NCBI GenBank assembly: GCA_040143965.1
Contig: JASJQH010006930.1
Span: forward strand, 1-37,087
DNA length: 37,087 nucleotides
Source of the DNA: Basidiobolus ranarum
Lineage: Eukaryota
Direction: 5' to 3'
The translations under genes and the position numbers were made by a program. Within the stretch, counting starts at the first letter, position 1. Each line of letters starts with the position of its first letter. The notes beneath the pieces are model-generated. The model ran no database searches. It saw only the letters and a list, made by a program, of their open reading frames with translations, and was not told the origin of the DNA. Of this stretch, positions 23,043 through 35,400 are shown in pieces.

Positions 23043-24395
23043 ATGAGTCTTGGCGAAGATCATATAAATTCTGACTTGCAAGGAGAAATGGTCGTTTCGC
23101 AAGACGACTGTTATACTTCATCCAATAAAGAGCTTTGCTCTAAAAGAAGAGGTACTAATGTTACTTCTACAGTATGTGCCAATTGCGGCACTACCACTAC
23201 TCCTTTATGGAGACGTGCCCCGAACGGCGATGCGATTTGTAATGCATGTGGCTTATATATGAAGTCTCGCAATACTACTCGCCCTCAGTGGCTCAAGAGA
23301 AACTCCCCAAAGGGAACTGCACCATCATCTTCGGGTGATGAAAGTCCCAAAAATTCATGCATTAGTGAGGAGCAATGTGATACAAGTGCTTCTTTACCAC
23401 CGTGCAATGATTGTTCCTCGTTTAATCAGAATCAAGTTAGTCGTAGCTCTTTGGTCTGTAGTAATTGTGGTACCGATACTACACCTTTGTGGCGTCGCGA
23501 TGAATCTGGAACAACCATTTGTAACGCTTGTGGTTTATACTTCAAGCTACATGGTGTGCACCGTCCCGTTAGTATGAAGCGATCTGTTATCAAAAGACGT
23601 AAGAGAAACTTTCATAGTGGGAATCCAACTGCCCGGAACCATCTTAAAACCTCTGGCATTTGTGGGGAGGAAACCGTAGAAGCAAAAAAAGCATGTTGTC
23701 ATCATGATCATTGCTATACTCCAGAACCTGTACATGTCCCTCAACATAACTGCTGCTCTAATCCACCTCCTCCCGAGCACGAACACATTAACAAACATCG
23801 AAAAATCGACCATTGCTGTAATGGACCATATCAAGAAACGCCCTCAGGCTTATCTTCGGGAAGAGTCTCGATCGATTCTCAGATCTCTTGCAATCTTGGT
23901 GAAGCACCCCACTCTCTTCCATCCATTCATCAATCAGCTTCCCTCTCGCCACACATCCATAGTTCCGATTCCTCATCCTCACCAAGTTCACCAAGAGCCT
24001 CAGAAACATTTAGCAGTTCAGTTTATGACAGCTCTCGTCCGACACTTCCACCTATTCATATTCCACCACTGAATACACAAGGTCGCTCGATGTCTCCTCC
24101 CTCCCATCCGACTTGCAAGAATCTCCCTACCGGGGCTGAATTTCTATCTTATCCTGCACCAAATCAATTTACCCGGGAAGATTTACAAGCACACCGACAA
24201 GAACTCCAGCGGGAGATATCGCATCTAAGCATGCTTTTATCACGTACCTCCGGTATTCTAGCTGGACTTGATCACGCAATCGGTCTCCCAATCACGAACA
24301 CACCGTACATGTCCCATCCCACACACAAGGCACCCAATTCCGAATTTTTGTATCAACCAGAGGTTACAGCAACCGCTTGGCCGAAGCACACATGA
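23043..24395 (+). CDS. sreA: SreA/URBS1/Fep1-like iron-responsive GATA factor with two zinc fingers, 450 aa
   Basis: Fingers [24 protein letters not shown] and [46 protein letters not shown]. Inter-finger C-X5-C-X8-C-X2-C spacing. C-terminal coiled coil [22 protein letters not shown]. Confidence 0.85.
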   Translation: MSLGEDHINSDLQGEMVVSQDDCYTSSNKELCSKRRGTNVTSTVCANCGTTTTPLWRRAPNGDAICNACGLYMKSRNTTRPQWLKRNSPKGTAPSSSGDESPKNSCISEEQCDTSASLPPCNDCSSFNQNQVSRSSLVCSNCGTDTTPLWRRDESGTTICNACGLYFKLHGVHRPVSMKRSVIKRRKRNFHSGNPTARNHLKTSGICGEETVEAKKACCHHDHCYTPEPVHVPQHNCCSNPPPPEHEHINKHRKIDHCCNGPYQETPSGLSSGRVSIDSQISCNLGEAPHSLPSIHQSASLSPHIHSSDSSSSPSSPRASETFSSSVYDSSRPTLPPIHIPPLNTQGRSMSPPSHPTCKNLPTGAEFLSYPAPNQFTREDLQAHRQELQREISHLSMLLSRTSGILAGLDHAIGLPITNTPYMSHPTHKAPNSEFLYQPEVTATAWPKHT

Positions 24396-25038
24396 ATATG
24401 TACACACCTACAAAGATTTGAGATCCTTACGAAGGAAGACCTAGATATTTCGAGATTCACCCCCCATTTGTCCGATATAATATTCAGTATAGTGACTATA
24501 GATTTATCCATGTTTCTAATCCACAGTTGTTCGATATCACTTGTACATTCAACCCGCGAATTTTTCTTTTAAATATTTGATTTGTTTGCTTCCCTTAATT
24601 CCAATGACTTGCTGTCATTTCCCATTCTCTCCCCCCAATAAATCCTTTTACCGAGTGAAGCCAAGTAATAATGCTTCCATCAGGGTTTAACTCCTACATA
24701 AGAAGTTTCGAATGGTTTCTTAATTCTTATATGGACTAATGAATGAACATAAACGGATGGTTTGTTTTGATAATCTCCCCATTGATTTATTTCTATTCAA
24801 TGAAAGCATTTTGGTTGTTTTGACATCAAAGAGGATAATCTATAGAGAGATGAGAGAAAACTGACGAATATAGCTTAGATAAGAGGGATAAAGGAATAAA
24901 AATGACCAGTTGAGTAATATAATAAATAAATGTCCGTAATAGAAAAAGAAAATCAATTAATCGATCTAAATAATATTGTCCTTATAAGAAATGAAATGAA
25001 ATGTCCTTGAAAGATGTGAATATTCTAGTTAGAATGGG

Positions 25039-25740
25039 TTAGATACATGGACCATTTTCAATTCTTTGAATTGCAAGTGACAACTCTTCTACTGGTGCTG
25101 TAGTAAACATGGTGGCTGGATAAGATTTAGTACCATAAATTGGATGATACATTATCTGACAACAACCAGCATTCACCAGTTCATATTTCAAAAACATTTC
25201 CGCACCAATAACGTCTGGATAATATGAGGGTCCTCTTTCAGAAAATGCAGGGTATCCTGAAGCAGGGTCAGTAAAATCCGCCCAAAATCCCTTCTCTTGT
25301 AGATATTTACAAACTCTAGTTGCCCAATCGAAAAACTAAAATATGGTTTAAAAAGTGTTAGTGTATAAGAGAAATATGTGGGGGAAGAAAGTGAAAAAAA
25401 CTTCAATAATTATACTAACATTTTCCAACTTATCGTCTTTTTCTTTGGCAACTTCTTCACCTACTGCAACCAAGTCATAAACGCAAGGTTGAAAAGTGGG
25501 AACCACCAAGCCAGCAGTTAAATCTACTTTCGGAAATACAAATTCCAGTTCCTTTCGAAACCGTTTAGTACAAGGATGAATAGAGTACTCTAAAGCATAA
25601 GGTAACTGGTTGGAGGTATTTGTGAAGAATTGTTCTGTGGGTGGAAGCAAAGCTTCTACTCTAGGTTTACGTAAACTCTTAAAGGTTGGGTTGGTATGAA
25701 TCTGTTCAACAGGAATCGAAGGTAGGCAAAGTGGCTCCAT
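25039..25740 (-). CDS. MMADHC: MMADHC/CblD-family cobalamin trafficking protein, ~205 aa, 2 exons
   Basis: Exon 25740-25420, intron GTTAGT..TTTAG, exon 25335-25039. Gives LEYSIHPC..RFRKEL..VFP, EKDDKLENFFDWA..VCKYLQEKGFWADFTDPASG, AGCCQIMYHPIYGT and ATMFTTAP, matching the MMADHC motifs GYWADFIDP.SG, GCCK.I.H..WGT and FT.A. Confidence 0.88.
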
Positions 25741-26427
25741 TATACAGAAAATAGATACAAGAATAGCAGTCAGTCAGGCTGCCTGGCAAACCTTTTATTA
25801 ATAAGCGAGTAGCCTGTTATAGACTACGGCCAATAAAAGTTTGGTCATGAAGTGAGGGAGAATGAGTCAATTACCTGATTCATACTTTTCTGCAGATAAT
25901 CAGGTGCAAAGACGATTGGGATTGGTGCATGGGAAATGGAAAGGGGATTCCATAATACAAGGATCAGATTGTCAAAAACTGGTAGATTTTGAAGTCAGTG
26001 CAAACCCTAACCCTTATTCTTTGCATTTAACATATGGGTTAGATTCCAATTGGTTATGTAAGCTGCAGATCAACGATAAAAACGCAAGTATGGTAATATC
26101 TGACTTGCTGTTACTCGTTATGTTCTGTAGTCTCACGGTATAAGCATGGTGAGGGATTTACCTTTTCTATATTTCTCTGAAATGGACTCCCGATACACAA
26201 TAAATGTTGTATCCTGGGAAGATTATTCCTCACTAGCCTCCTTATAAAGGCCCTTATGCAACCCGTAGAATACAGAAACCAAGCTTCTTTACCGCTTTTC
26301 CACAGTACCTGTTCCAACTCCTTCATCGGAGTTTTATCAGATCCTTCTCTACTTGTGGTAACGATCTACTCTTACTCCGCCTCTCCATTTGTCTGCTGAT
26401 CTATCCTTGGTTGCCGATATTATATCC

Positions 26428-28461
26428 ATGAAGTTAATTGCCTCTTCTTGCTTGGTAGCCCTTCTTGTGGGAAGTGCTTATGCCGCTCGCCCTTTCGCCC
26501 CAAAGGATTTGATGTCCTTACCTCGTCCATACGACTTTGCTGCCTCGCCTGATGGCAAGTATGTAGTATGGTCTGAGAGCAAATATGACCCAGCCACGAA
26601 CAAGAGAGGTTCGAATGTAGTCCTATTGGATATTCCTGCAGGAACTACCAAGAAACTTAACGATGTAGTTGGAGGAGATTTTGGAAATCCCGTTTGGATG
26701 AATGATGTGACTTTGGGTTTTATATCGTACCAATCTGGTACGCCCAACCTGTGGGCTGTAAACCCAGCTCAGGCCAATAGCACTCCAGTCCAACGAACAA
26801 ACTTCACTTATGAGGAAGTTAATAATGCCATCTTTCACCCAGGATCTAAGCAATTGTTGTTCACCACCGGGGTCGAAACTAAGAACGTAACCAAGGGTTT
26901 CGACACTGCTCTTGCTTATGATCAGCTGTACACCCGGATTTGGGATACTTGGTATGATTCCAAACTCCAGCATCTTCACGTGGCCACCATTGGTGACAAT
27001 CTCACCATCGCTGCCACTGATCTAATGAAAGAAACCCCACGTTTAGAGACCCCTGTTCGGCCTTTCGGAGACTCTAGCGAGTTTACCATATCCCCCGACG
27101 GCACCGAAGCTGCTTTCCTGACTCGCCCAGACAACCGTGAAGTAGCGTGGCACACCACAATCGATCTATATGTCGTACCCACTAACGGTCGTACTCCCCC
27201 CAAGGCCATCACTCAGGGCTTGAAAGGGACCATCACCAACCCCAAGTACTCACCTGATGGTAAGTACTTGGGCTGGCTGCAGATGTTGGATCCTATCAAA
27301 GAAGCTGACCGCGCCATTGTGACCCTGTATAACCGACAAACTAAGAAGATTACATATGTAACTGACAAATGGGATTCCAGCGCCACCCAATTAGTTTTCT
27401 CCAAAGATTCCAAGACAGTGTTTGTGACTGCTGCGGACAAATCACAAACCAAGGTGTACTCAATTGATCTTCAAACTCAAAAACCCAAAGAACTCACCCA
27501 TGAGCACACTTCCAGTGTTGTATCCCTTATCAGCCCAGACACCCTATTATTGAATCAAAATTCTATGCAACACCCCAGTGAGTTATTCACTATCAAGACT
27601 GATGGCAGTGATCTTAAGCAAATCACTCATATCAATGACCAAGCCTTGGCAGAGTTCCACCGTTCAGAACCTGAATACTTCTGGTTTGAAGGAGCTCGTA
27701 AGGAGCAAGTTCAAGGATTCATCCTTAAGCCCAAGGATTTCGATGAGAAGAAAAAGTATCCCTTAGCATTCTGGGTCCACGGTGGGCCGGAAGTATCCTT
27801 CAGTGATGCATGGAGTAACCGTTGGAATTATCAAATCCCACCCTCCGCTGGATATGTGTTAATAAATATTAACTTCCACGGCTCCGATGGGTATGGTCAG
27901 AAGTTTAGTGACTCTGTTCTTAAAAACTGGGGTTCCCTACCTTATGAGGATTTGATGAAAGGTTTGGATTACGCCTTGAAGAAATACCCTTTTATTGATG
28001 GTGATCGTGCTTGTGCTTGGGGTGCTAGTTATGGTGGTTATATGATCAATTGGATTAACGGACAGACCGATCGTTTCAAATGTCTGGTCAGTCACAGTGG
28101 TATTTTCGATGCCAAGAGTACTTATTACACTATCGATCAGTTGTACTTTATGGAGAGTGAATTTGGTGGATTACCTTGGGATGATGTCAAGGCCTATGAA
28201 AAATATTCTCCTTCTAATTATGTCAAGAACTGGAAGACCCCCACCCTAGTCATTCATAATGGAAAAGATTATAGAATTGTAGATGGTCAAGGTTTATCTG
28301 TCTTTACCGCTCTCCAGCGCCAGGGCATTCCCTCTCGCTTACTCTACTTCCCTGATGAAGCCCATCTCGTATTAAAGCCTGCTAACTCCCTCCGCTGGCA
28401 CAAAGAAGTTCTCGAATGGGTTGGAAAGTACACCAATACCACTCTTCCATACGAACTCTAA
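26428..28461 (+). CDS. dpp5: Secreted dipeptidyl-peptidase V (peptidase family S9), intronless, 677 aa
   Basis: Signal peptide MKLIASSCLVALLVGSAYA, SPDG beta-propeller repeats, VHGGPE, nucleophile GASYGG, KDYRI (Asp) and PDEAH (His). The ATG at 26428 is preferred to the upstream TTG. Confidence 0.93.
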   Translation: MKLIASSCLVALLVGSAYAARPFAPKDLMSLPRPYDFAASPDGKYVVWSESKYDPATNKRGSNVVLLDIPAGTTKKLNDVVGGDFGNPVWMNDVTLGFISYQSGTPNLWAVNPAQANSTPVQRTNFTYEEVNNAIFHPGSKQLLFTTGVETKNVTKGFDTALAYDQLYTRIWDTWYDSKLQHLHVATIGDNLTIAATDLMKETPRLETPVRPFGDSSEFTISPDGTEAAFLTRPDNREVAWHTTIDLYVVPTNGRTPPKAITQGLKGTITNPKYSPDGKYLGWLQMLDPIKEADRAIVTLYNRQTKKITYVTDKWDSSATQLVFSKDSKTVFVTAADKSQTKVYSIDLQTQKPKELTHEHTSSVVSLISPDTLLLNQNSMQHPSELFTIKTDGSDLKQITHINDQALAEFHRSEPEYFWFEGARKEQVQGFILKPKDFDEKKKYPLAFWVHGGPEVSFSDAWSNRWNYQIPPSAGYVLININFHGSDGYGQKFSDSVLKNWGSLPYEDLMKGLDYALKKYPFIDGDRACAWGASYGGYMINWINGQTDRFKCLVSHSGIFDAKSTYYTIDQLYFMESEFGGLPWDDVKAYEKYSPSNYVKNWKTPTLVIHNGKDYRIVDGQGLSVFTALQRQGIPSRLLYFPDEAHLVLKPANSLRWHKEVLEWVGKYTNTTLPYEL

Positions 28462-30400
28462 TAATTCTATGGTAGCTAGGCGCTTCTTAATGACTTTTGA
28501 TCACATCATTATTGAGCAATTATTTACAACCCTAGTCATTAACCACCAAATTTTGAATAAAAAACTACTGAAGAGTCTCCTCAAAGAATCCAGTAAAATT
28601 GGAGTATGATACTGGAAATAAACCAGTAAATTAATAAGTATTCTAAGATGGACATATGGGTATATTACTAATGTTGGGTGCATGGGGTTGCTTGTTATTG
28701 AGAATAGTTTATACCTGACGCTTGGACAAGACAGGTTTCTTTTCAAAAGAAGTTTCCCAAATGTAAATAAACTGAATGGATCTATTAATGAGTAACCCAA
28801 TTCCAGTTTATTCTCCGGTGGATTCCAGGACTTTCTTCTCAACGTTGAGTTAATAATCTTTCAAATACAGAAAATGTCTGAAAGCCCATTTCTTACGACA
28901 AGAATTAACTACCATATGAGGCTATATATGTTAAGGACCAGTCCTATACTTTCATTAAATCCTTATGTTTCTAAACATATAATCTATTTCAATTAATCCT
29001 TTCGCCCTAGCCTAATGTAATAAAAGTTCCGCTTCGAAAATCAACTCTAGCTAGATGAGAATAATATATGAAACCAATATCGGTGGTAGCTGAATTTCCA
29101 ATTCCATTGGTAGAAAATAGTGAAAGTGTTTCTCGCTCCAAACATCGTGTTATACACAACAGGTTTCTATCGAGATACATGCATCACGATTAAAATCGAC
29201 GACTTGACCTTCTTTCAGCACTGAATCATAGACGCAGTAAAATCCGACCTCTAAAGTACGTACTTAGGCTTCGATTTATCAATCAATGAAGCCCAAGTAG
29301 CTTCATAGACATTTCAAGTGGTAGAAAAGAACCGACATGTTGGGCGTTCAGCATGCAAGGTGATCAGAGTGGTACTAAACCTAGTGCCTCCAAACAATGG
29401 CTTTTGTCATGGTAATACCCACAGACCAGGATTCGGGATAGACGCGTATGACTCATATATATTGTCGAATAGATATTTCCAAATGTGGCAGCAGTCATAT
29501 AGTTCTGAGTCGATCCCTGCATTAGCTTACCAGAACGACTGGTAAGAAACTCTAAATAGGCTAAACTAAGTATCATTCATGCCAATTCAGGGATCAATTT
29601 CCAATCAGACCGCAATATCAACCTCCACCACCTTTTCTATCCACCAGCAGCAACACCAGCACCAGCACCATCAACACCATCACTATCACTATCCTCGACT
29701 TCGGCCTCACTTTAACTACCGATAGCATTCAGATACAGGGGATCAGGGATCTTAGTGGATAACCTCAACGGAAAATTTATTCAGAGGGTAATTTTGGCAA
29801 ACATAATTGGATTGGCTGACCACACAAACCCAATGTTCGACCCGTGGCATCCCACTAGGAATCCAATAGGGTTTTGCGATTGTTTGAATTACTAAAACAG
29901 TCATCTTGAATATAGTCAATGGCGAGCTCTAATATATATATATTTGATTCCTTCTTTACTGGGTACCCCACTTTATCTAGTCCTGCATGTATGTTACTCA
30001 GTCTGGAGGGCTAATAAGAAACACAGATTCAATGCGTTAGCATCTGGCATCGAGAACGCGTTACAATAAATAGGTCGAATTCTTCGTGGATGATTAGATT
30101 TGTACCTTCCCCTTCAAGGTAACTTGGCAAACTTTCCTCTACCCTGAGTCAACTTCATTTCAAATTGATCTTAAATATCCGACTCTTGCTTGGGTTAGAC
30201 CGTAAATATCTCCCTTTGTTGAACTATTTCTTTTAACTCACTTCAAGCTTACTTTAGTAGTGGTTTTGAACCCAAGTTTCTCTGAGCAACTTGAGAATTT
30301 ACTACCACTAATTCTTTCGACAAGTCTACACCATAGAACCATTATCGTTTAATTTTTGCCCAATTAAAGCTTTTGCTTGCTAATTCTGTCTATTCTGGAT

Positions 30401-32471
30401 ATGGACGAAGGCCTCTCATACCAATTTGCACAAGTAAATCAAAAACGACATGCACGACATGAATTGTAAGTAACTCTTGTCACTATATTTTTTCCAAAGC
30501 TCTAATAGACCTAAGTCTTGGAATTTATTTCAAAGGAATTTTGATTTAACGCTGAGACAACAGCCTAAGCAATCACGAATGTGTGGCATTGGTGAAAAGG
30601 GTAAGGTATAAGAGAGTCATAGTTGTCTACTTGTTAGAATTCTAACTTTTTTCTTTGGTTGTTTTTTTCTCATTCTTAGCTGACAGACGTCCCATCGACC
30701 CTCCTCCTATTATTCAACTGAGAGTTTCAGATGCTGCTGTAAAGCTTGACAAAACGTTAGTTAATACTCTAGTTCTCTATATTTAACTCTCTTACTTATA
30801 TAGATACAAAAAATTTCTTTTAAGCAGTTCCTTTCTTTACAATCCTTACTACTTTATGTACGCGTCTCTAATGCTTGCTGACTCCGACGACGAAATGCAC
30901 CTGTTGCACGACGGGAAAACACGTTCTACTACTGGTTCACTGGTTTCTTCTTTATATCACTTGAAAGATGTAAACAACTCGGATGGTGGATTTTTTGTAT
31001 TTCCAGACCTGTCCGTTCGTATGGAAGGAAGATATCGACTGAAATTTACTCTCTTTGAAATTGTTGGGTAAGTGAAATGATCATCATTTATGTAGAGTTA
31101 TGCCTGGATTTAAGACTTACAACATCATCTTGGATATACAGAATGGAGGTCTTCTATTGTAGTTCCATTTGTTCCGATACATTTACTGTATATTCAGCCA
31201 AACGCTTTCCTGGCATGGAAGGTACGCTTAATTTTTGTTGATTGCGTTTGTGCTTATTCATATTTAAATCCGCCCCTTCTCCCAATTAGAATCCACGTTT
31301 CTGTCACGCTCATTTGCAGACCAAGGATTAAAAATCCGTATTCGCAAAGAGGTACGGATCAGAAGGTAAGTATCGTCTCACATAACCAATTGATGCAGCA
31401 CAAACTAAATGGAAACTTATTAGACGTGGAAGTAAATGGAAGGACAACGTAGGCTCTCCCTCTGATCAAGACAACTTGAAGTTTGAAAGTAAAAGTCCTT
31501 CAAGTGTAAAGGCACCTGAGAATGACAATAGAGAGTCTGAGGCTTCTATCTCATCCGAAGATGACAACGTGGAAATCGACGAGAGGCGTAAGCGATTTTC
31601 AGAAGATACAGGTTACCACAAAACGTTTAAGAGGAGATCTGCTGACAATCCAGCTCATACATCCTCAGAATCCCCAAATTTCCCTCCAGGACAATACACG
31701 TCTTCGCAATCATCTTATTCACCAGGTAGCCAGCCTTACCTGGATAAGAAAAGGTCCATTAAGAGCACATATTCCAACCAGAGCGATATCTATTCTCCGG
31801 TACTTTCCAAGCAATGGCGGCCTTTACCGGAGCTTAATTATAAATCTCAATCACCACATCCATCCTCGAGTATCCAAGATATCTTGAATTCAGAGAAATC
31901 CATGGGATTGAATCACACATATAATGAAAGAAGCAGGGTACCCACCGTGTTAATATCACCGCATTCACTTCCTTCATCGCCTATTACTATATCGCGTTCG
32001 AATAGCAAATCCGTACTTTCCATCCAAAATATTCTCTCTCCCCAAAACGGACCATACCCTGCCCCAATCCCTACACACAACTATGCCCCTAATCCTTATC
32101 CAGAAATAAGAGAATATGAGGCTCGTCAGGCATCACAATCCCATCACTCGTACCTGGCTGTTGACAGACCTTACGACAGACCATACGAGGGCATTCGAAA
32201 GACGTACTCTTCGGACGTTGCTACACATTCTGGATGGTCCGATAATTACACACCATCGGCACAATTGCCGTATCAACTGCCTATATTACCAGACCAGGCT
32301 GGTTACAGTCACACAGCAAGTCTAGGAACCAATACCAATTCTTCGATTAATCGGCTACCTAATATCAGCTCGCTCATAAACCCACCATCCCAACCATCGA
32401 ACACACCAGTTTCTCAGTACCCAAATCCGCATTCCGGAAACCACTCTAATAGATTTAACCAATTCCAATGA
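30401..32471 (+). CDS. vosA: Velvet-domain regulator, VosA-like (N-terminal velvet domain plus long S/P-rich C-terminus), multi-exon
   Basis: Spliced exons give LRQQPKQSRMCGIGEK|ADRRPIDPPPIIQL, NPYYFMYASL, GSLVSSLYHLKD, GFFVFPDLSVRMEGRYRLKFTLFEI, FTVYSAKRFPGME|ESTFLSRSFADQGLKIRIRKE. The velvet family call is firm; the VosA subclass is less so. Confidence 0.85.
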
Positions 32472-35400
32472 TTTTTCACCCAGATATTTAGTGTTGTGAC
32501 CCAATGTAATATTATGAACGTAACTCTCACCATCATCATCGTTATATTTATCATCCCAGCCTCCCCCACCTCTTGATCCCACTATTGTCGCATTTCCCCC
32601 TCCCCCTGACTGCCCCCAGTAACTTCACAATGTGTCTATATATCAATGCTTGCCATTTCGTTCATGCTTTTGACCATGTTATATCACTTCATCTCACCGC
32701 ATACCATGCTTTCTGCTTTATAAATCAAGATTTGTATTGATTTAGTACAAGATATACTGGTGCACCAATCTCTTCCAACCTCATGGGTACAAGCTATATT
32801 CATTTGAGCACCTGGTCGGTCGTACACCGGCCAATTCTGCCGCGCAACATTTCACATGATGACGGAAAAACAAGCATGATCAAGACCTATAGAGAGTACC
32901 AACCTCTATGACCACATTTATGCCAGATCATGGTAGATTCGATGAAAGGGAATACAAAATACTTGGCAAATCTTTTTTAGGTTCACTATGATGCGAATTC
33001 AATTTATGGATAAATGCAACTACAACTACAAATACCAATGTAAATGCAGGATAAGAGTATACTAGGAAGAAGCAACGTTGGAAAATCCGATGAATTCATT
33101 TTGTAAGACCAAATGAATTGTCCGGCTTACTGGACACTAAATATCCTAACCCTTCACTCAATCGATATCCTCCCAAGCCATGGTCTCCCCTAACACCATT
33201 CGAGTTACCTCAAATCATCGAGAAATACGTAAAAGTATAAATACAGTATGGATGAATTATAGAAGGGAAATGAAAGAGATCTAGGTGAGTATCTAAAGAC
33301 AGAATCAATTATGATTTATTAGTAAAATCATACCATTCCATGATAGTGTCGAAAGTTCCATGAAACGAATAACTGGTTTATACTTTGAATAAATATCAAA
33401 ATCTATCCAGTAGAAAATGTTCGATATTTTTTCCACTTTTCATATGATTATTCTATCCTATTCTACTTTCGGTACTGGTCATCTGTTCTGCCATCTGGAC
33501 CTATGCCTTGGGCCAATCATGGATTCATTTCTCTCCTCACCTTCGCTCTGCATCTCTCCTCTCTTAACTTTAGCATTGCTCTCGTTTAGTCATAATGAGT
33601 ATTTAGATCTTTAGGAGTTTTGTGACTCTTGGGAATAATATAGAGCTACGGCGTAGGTGACGACATCAGGATTCATACCATACAGGTTCTTAACTAAATG
33701 GAGTAAAGTTCGTGGGAGTCCGACCTCGATGAGTCAGCTCAGTTGATTGGTCAAGGGTGGATAATGGGGGTGGGGAGAGGACAAGGGAGGTAATCACATT
33801 GAATATTCCCCATAGAATTAGTGGGATCGAATTAACAAAATAATCCCATCAAGATTAAAAATTCAATAATCCATCTACTACCAACATCGAATAATCTTGA
33901 TCCAAGTTGTTTAGCTAGGTCCTTTTCTTCTATTAGGTAGTAGGAGTGGGTTACGTCATTCATATGGTTCCAATAATTTGGACTTCATTCGTAGAACTAT
34001 GCAACCAGTTATGATGGATGCCGCTTGGGTGTGAACATCAATGATTACATTCTGGAGTTGAACGGTATTATTCTAGCAAGATCCGATCCAGCTACCATGG
34101 CACCCAAAAAGAGTCGGGTGACAACAACCGACTCGCTGGGTAAACTTAGAGGGGATTCCACAACCACCATAACCACCACCCCATTTCAAATCATAACCAC
34201 GGCTACGACCATGACCATAACCATAACCATGCCCACACCACTGGTCATGCAATGCGATGCGAAAAGTGTTTGATACCATTCGAATTGAATGAATTCTTTT
34301 TCTGGCTAATCAACATGAGCCCAAAAAAAAACGTGAAAATTCCACTGATTTGGTTTCTGATTTGAAAGCCACTGTAGCACCTGTACTCTCAATATTTCCC
34401 ACTCTGACTAGGTTAGGGTAGGTAGGATAATGTAGTCCATATTTGATGATGATGTTGATGATGTCGTAATATCAGTCCAAAATAAGGACCTCGTCCCAAT
34501 GGAAGTCAGTAATTCATCATCAGAAAAGAATGACAAACCAATGATATACTTACGAATACTCCGAATCCTCTACCATGAATGTGACCGGAATAAAAATTCA
34601 CTTATCTACGGTTAGACTTTCAGCTGTAGAATTGAAGTGGTTTCATCGATATATATATATATATCTCGCATGGTTTCAAGATCTCGATCTCGAATAACAA
34701 AGATTTTCTACCGTATCCATTACTAATCATAGATCCGATGATGTTCCAGATTCAATGTATTTCATTAGTAAAGGATATTGGTACAGAATATCCATCCTAA
34801 TTTAGCGAATCCAATGGTGAAACTTCATACAACGGGTGGTTGGACCATAGGAACATTTGGTGGTTAGGATTATTTGTATATACGTGGAGGAGTTGGTTGG
34901 TATGATTGTATGAATTCTGTAGTTACACCATGTGGTTCATTCAAATAGGTTCCATACCGGTAAAATTCTAACCGGTTTGAAGGATAGATATAATCTTATC
35001 ACAATCGAGTTCTTCCCCATTCACCAGCCCATATCTAGTTCTCTCTAATATGAGTCAATATCGATTGCTTTTGTGCCAGTAATATTGATACTGATTAGGG
35101 AATCTTGGTTGCATGGATATAATAGGCAAAGATATATCTAAAAATATACTACTTAGTGCATGGTGACTTTCCCCTACGTTTGGAGCTAGGATACATCATT
35201 CGCCCTGTCTATTGTCAACCAGCGTGGATTAAGCCACTTATCTGTGATTAAAAAATATTTGTTAATTTCCGAAACGAAAGGTTAGGTTTGAATATAGCCT
35301 AACCCTAAGGTATTGACCTCATTCACCAAATATACTCCTCTAATTCCTTCGACTATATTGGAGCAGAAGGCTGATGATTGAACTCCCACTTCTATTTAGA

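Noticed and set aside
32578..32617. G-quadruplex-like C-tracts after the velvet stop (and G-tracts at ~33755-33787)
   Set aside because: Loops are long or irregular and such tracts are common; no supporting evidence.
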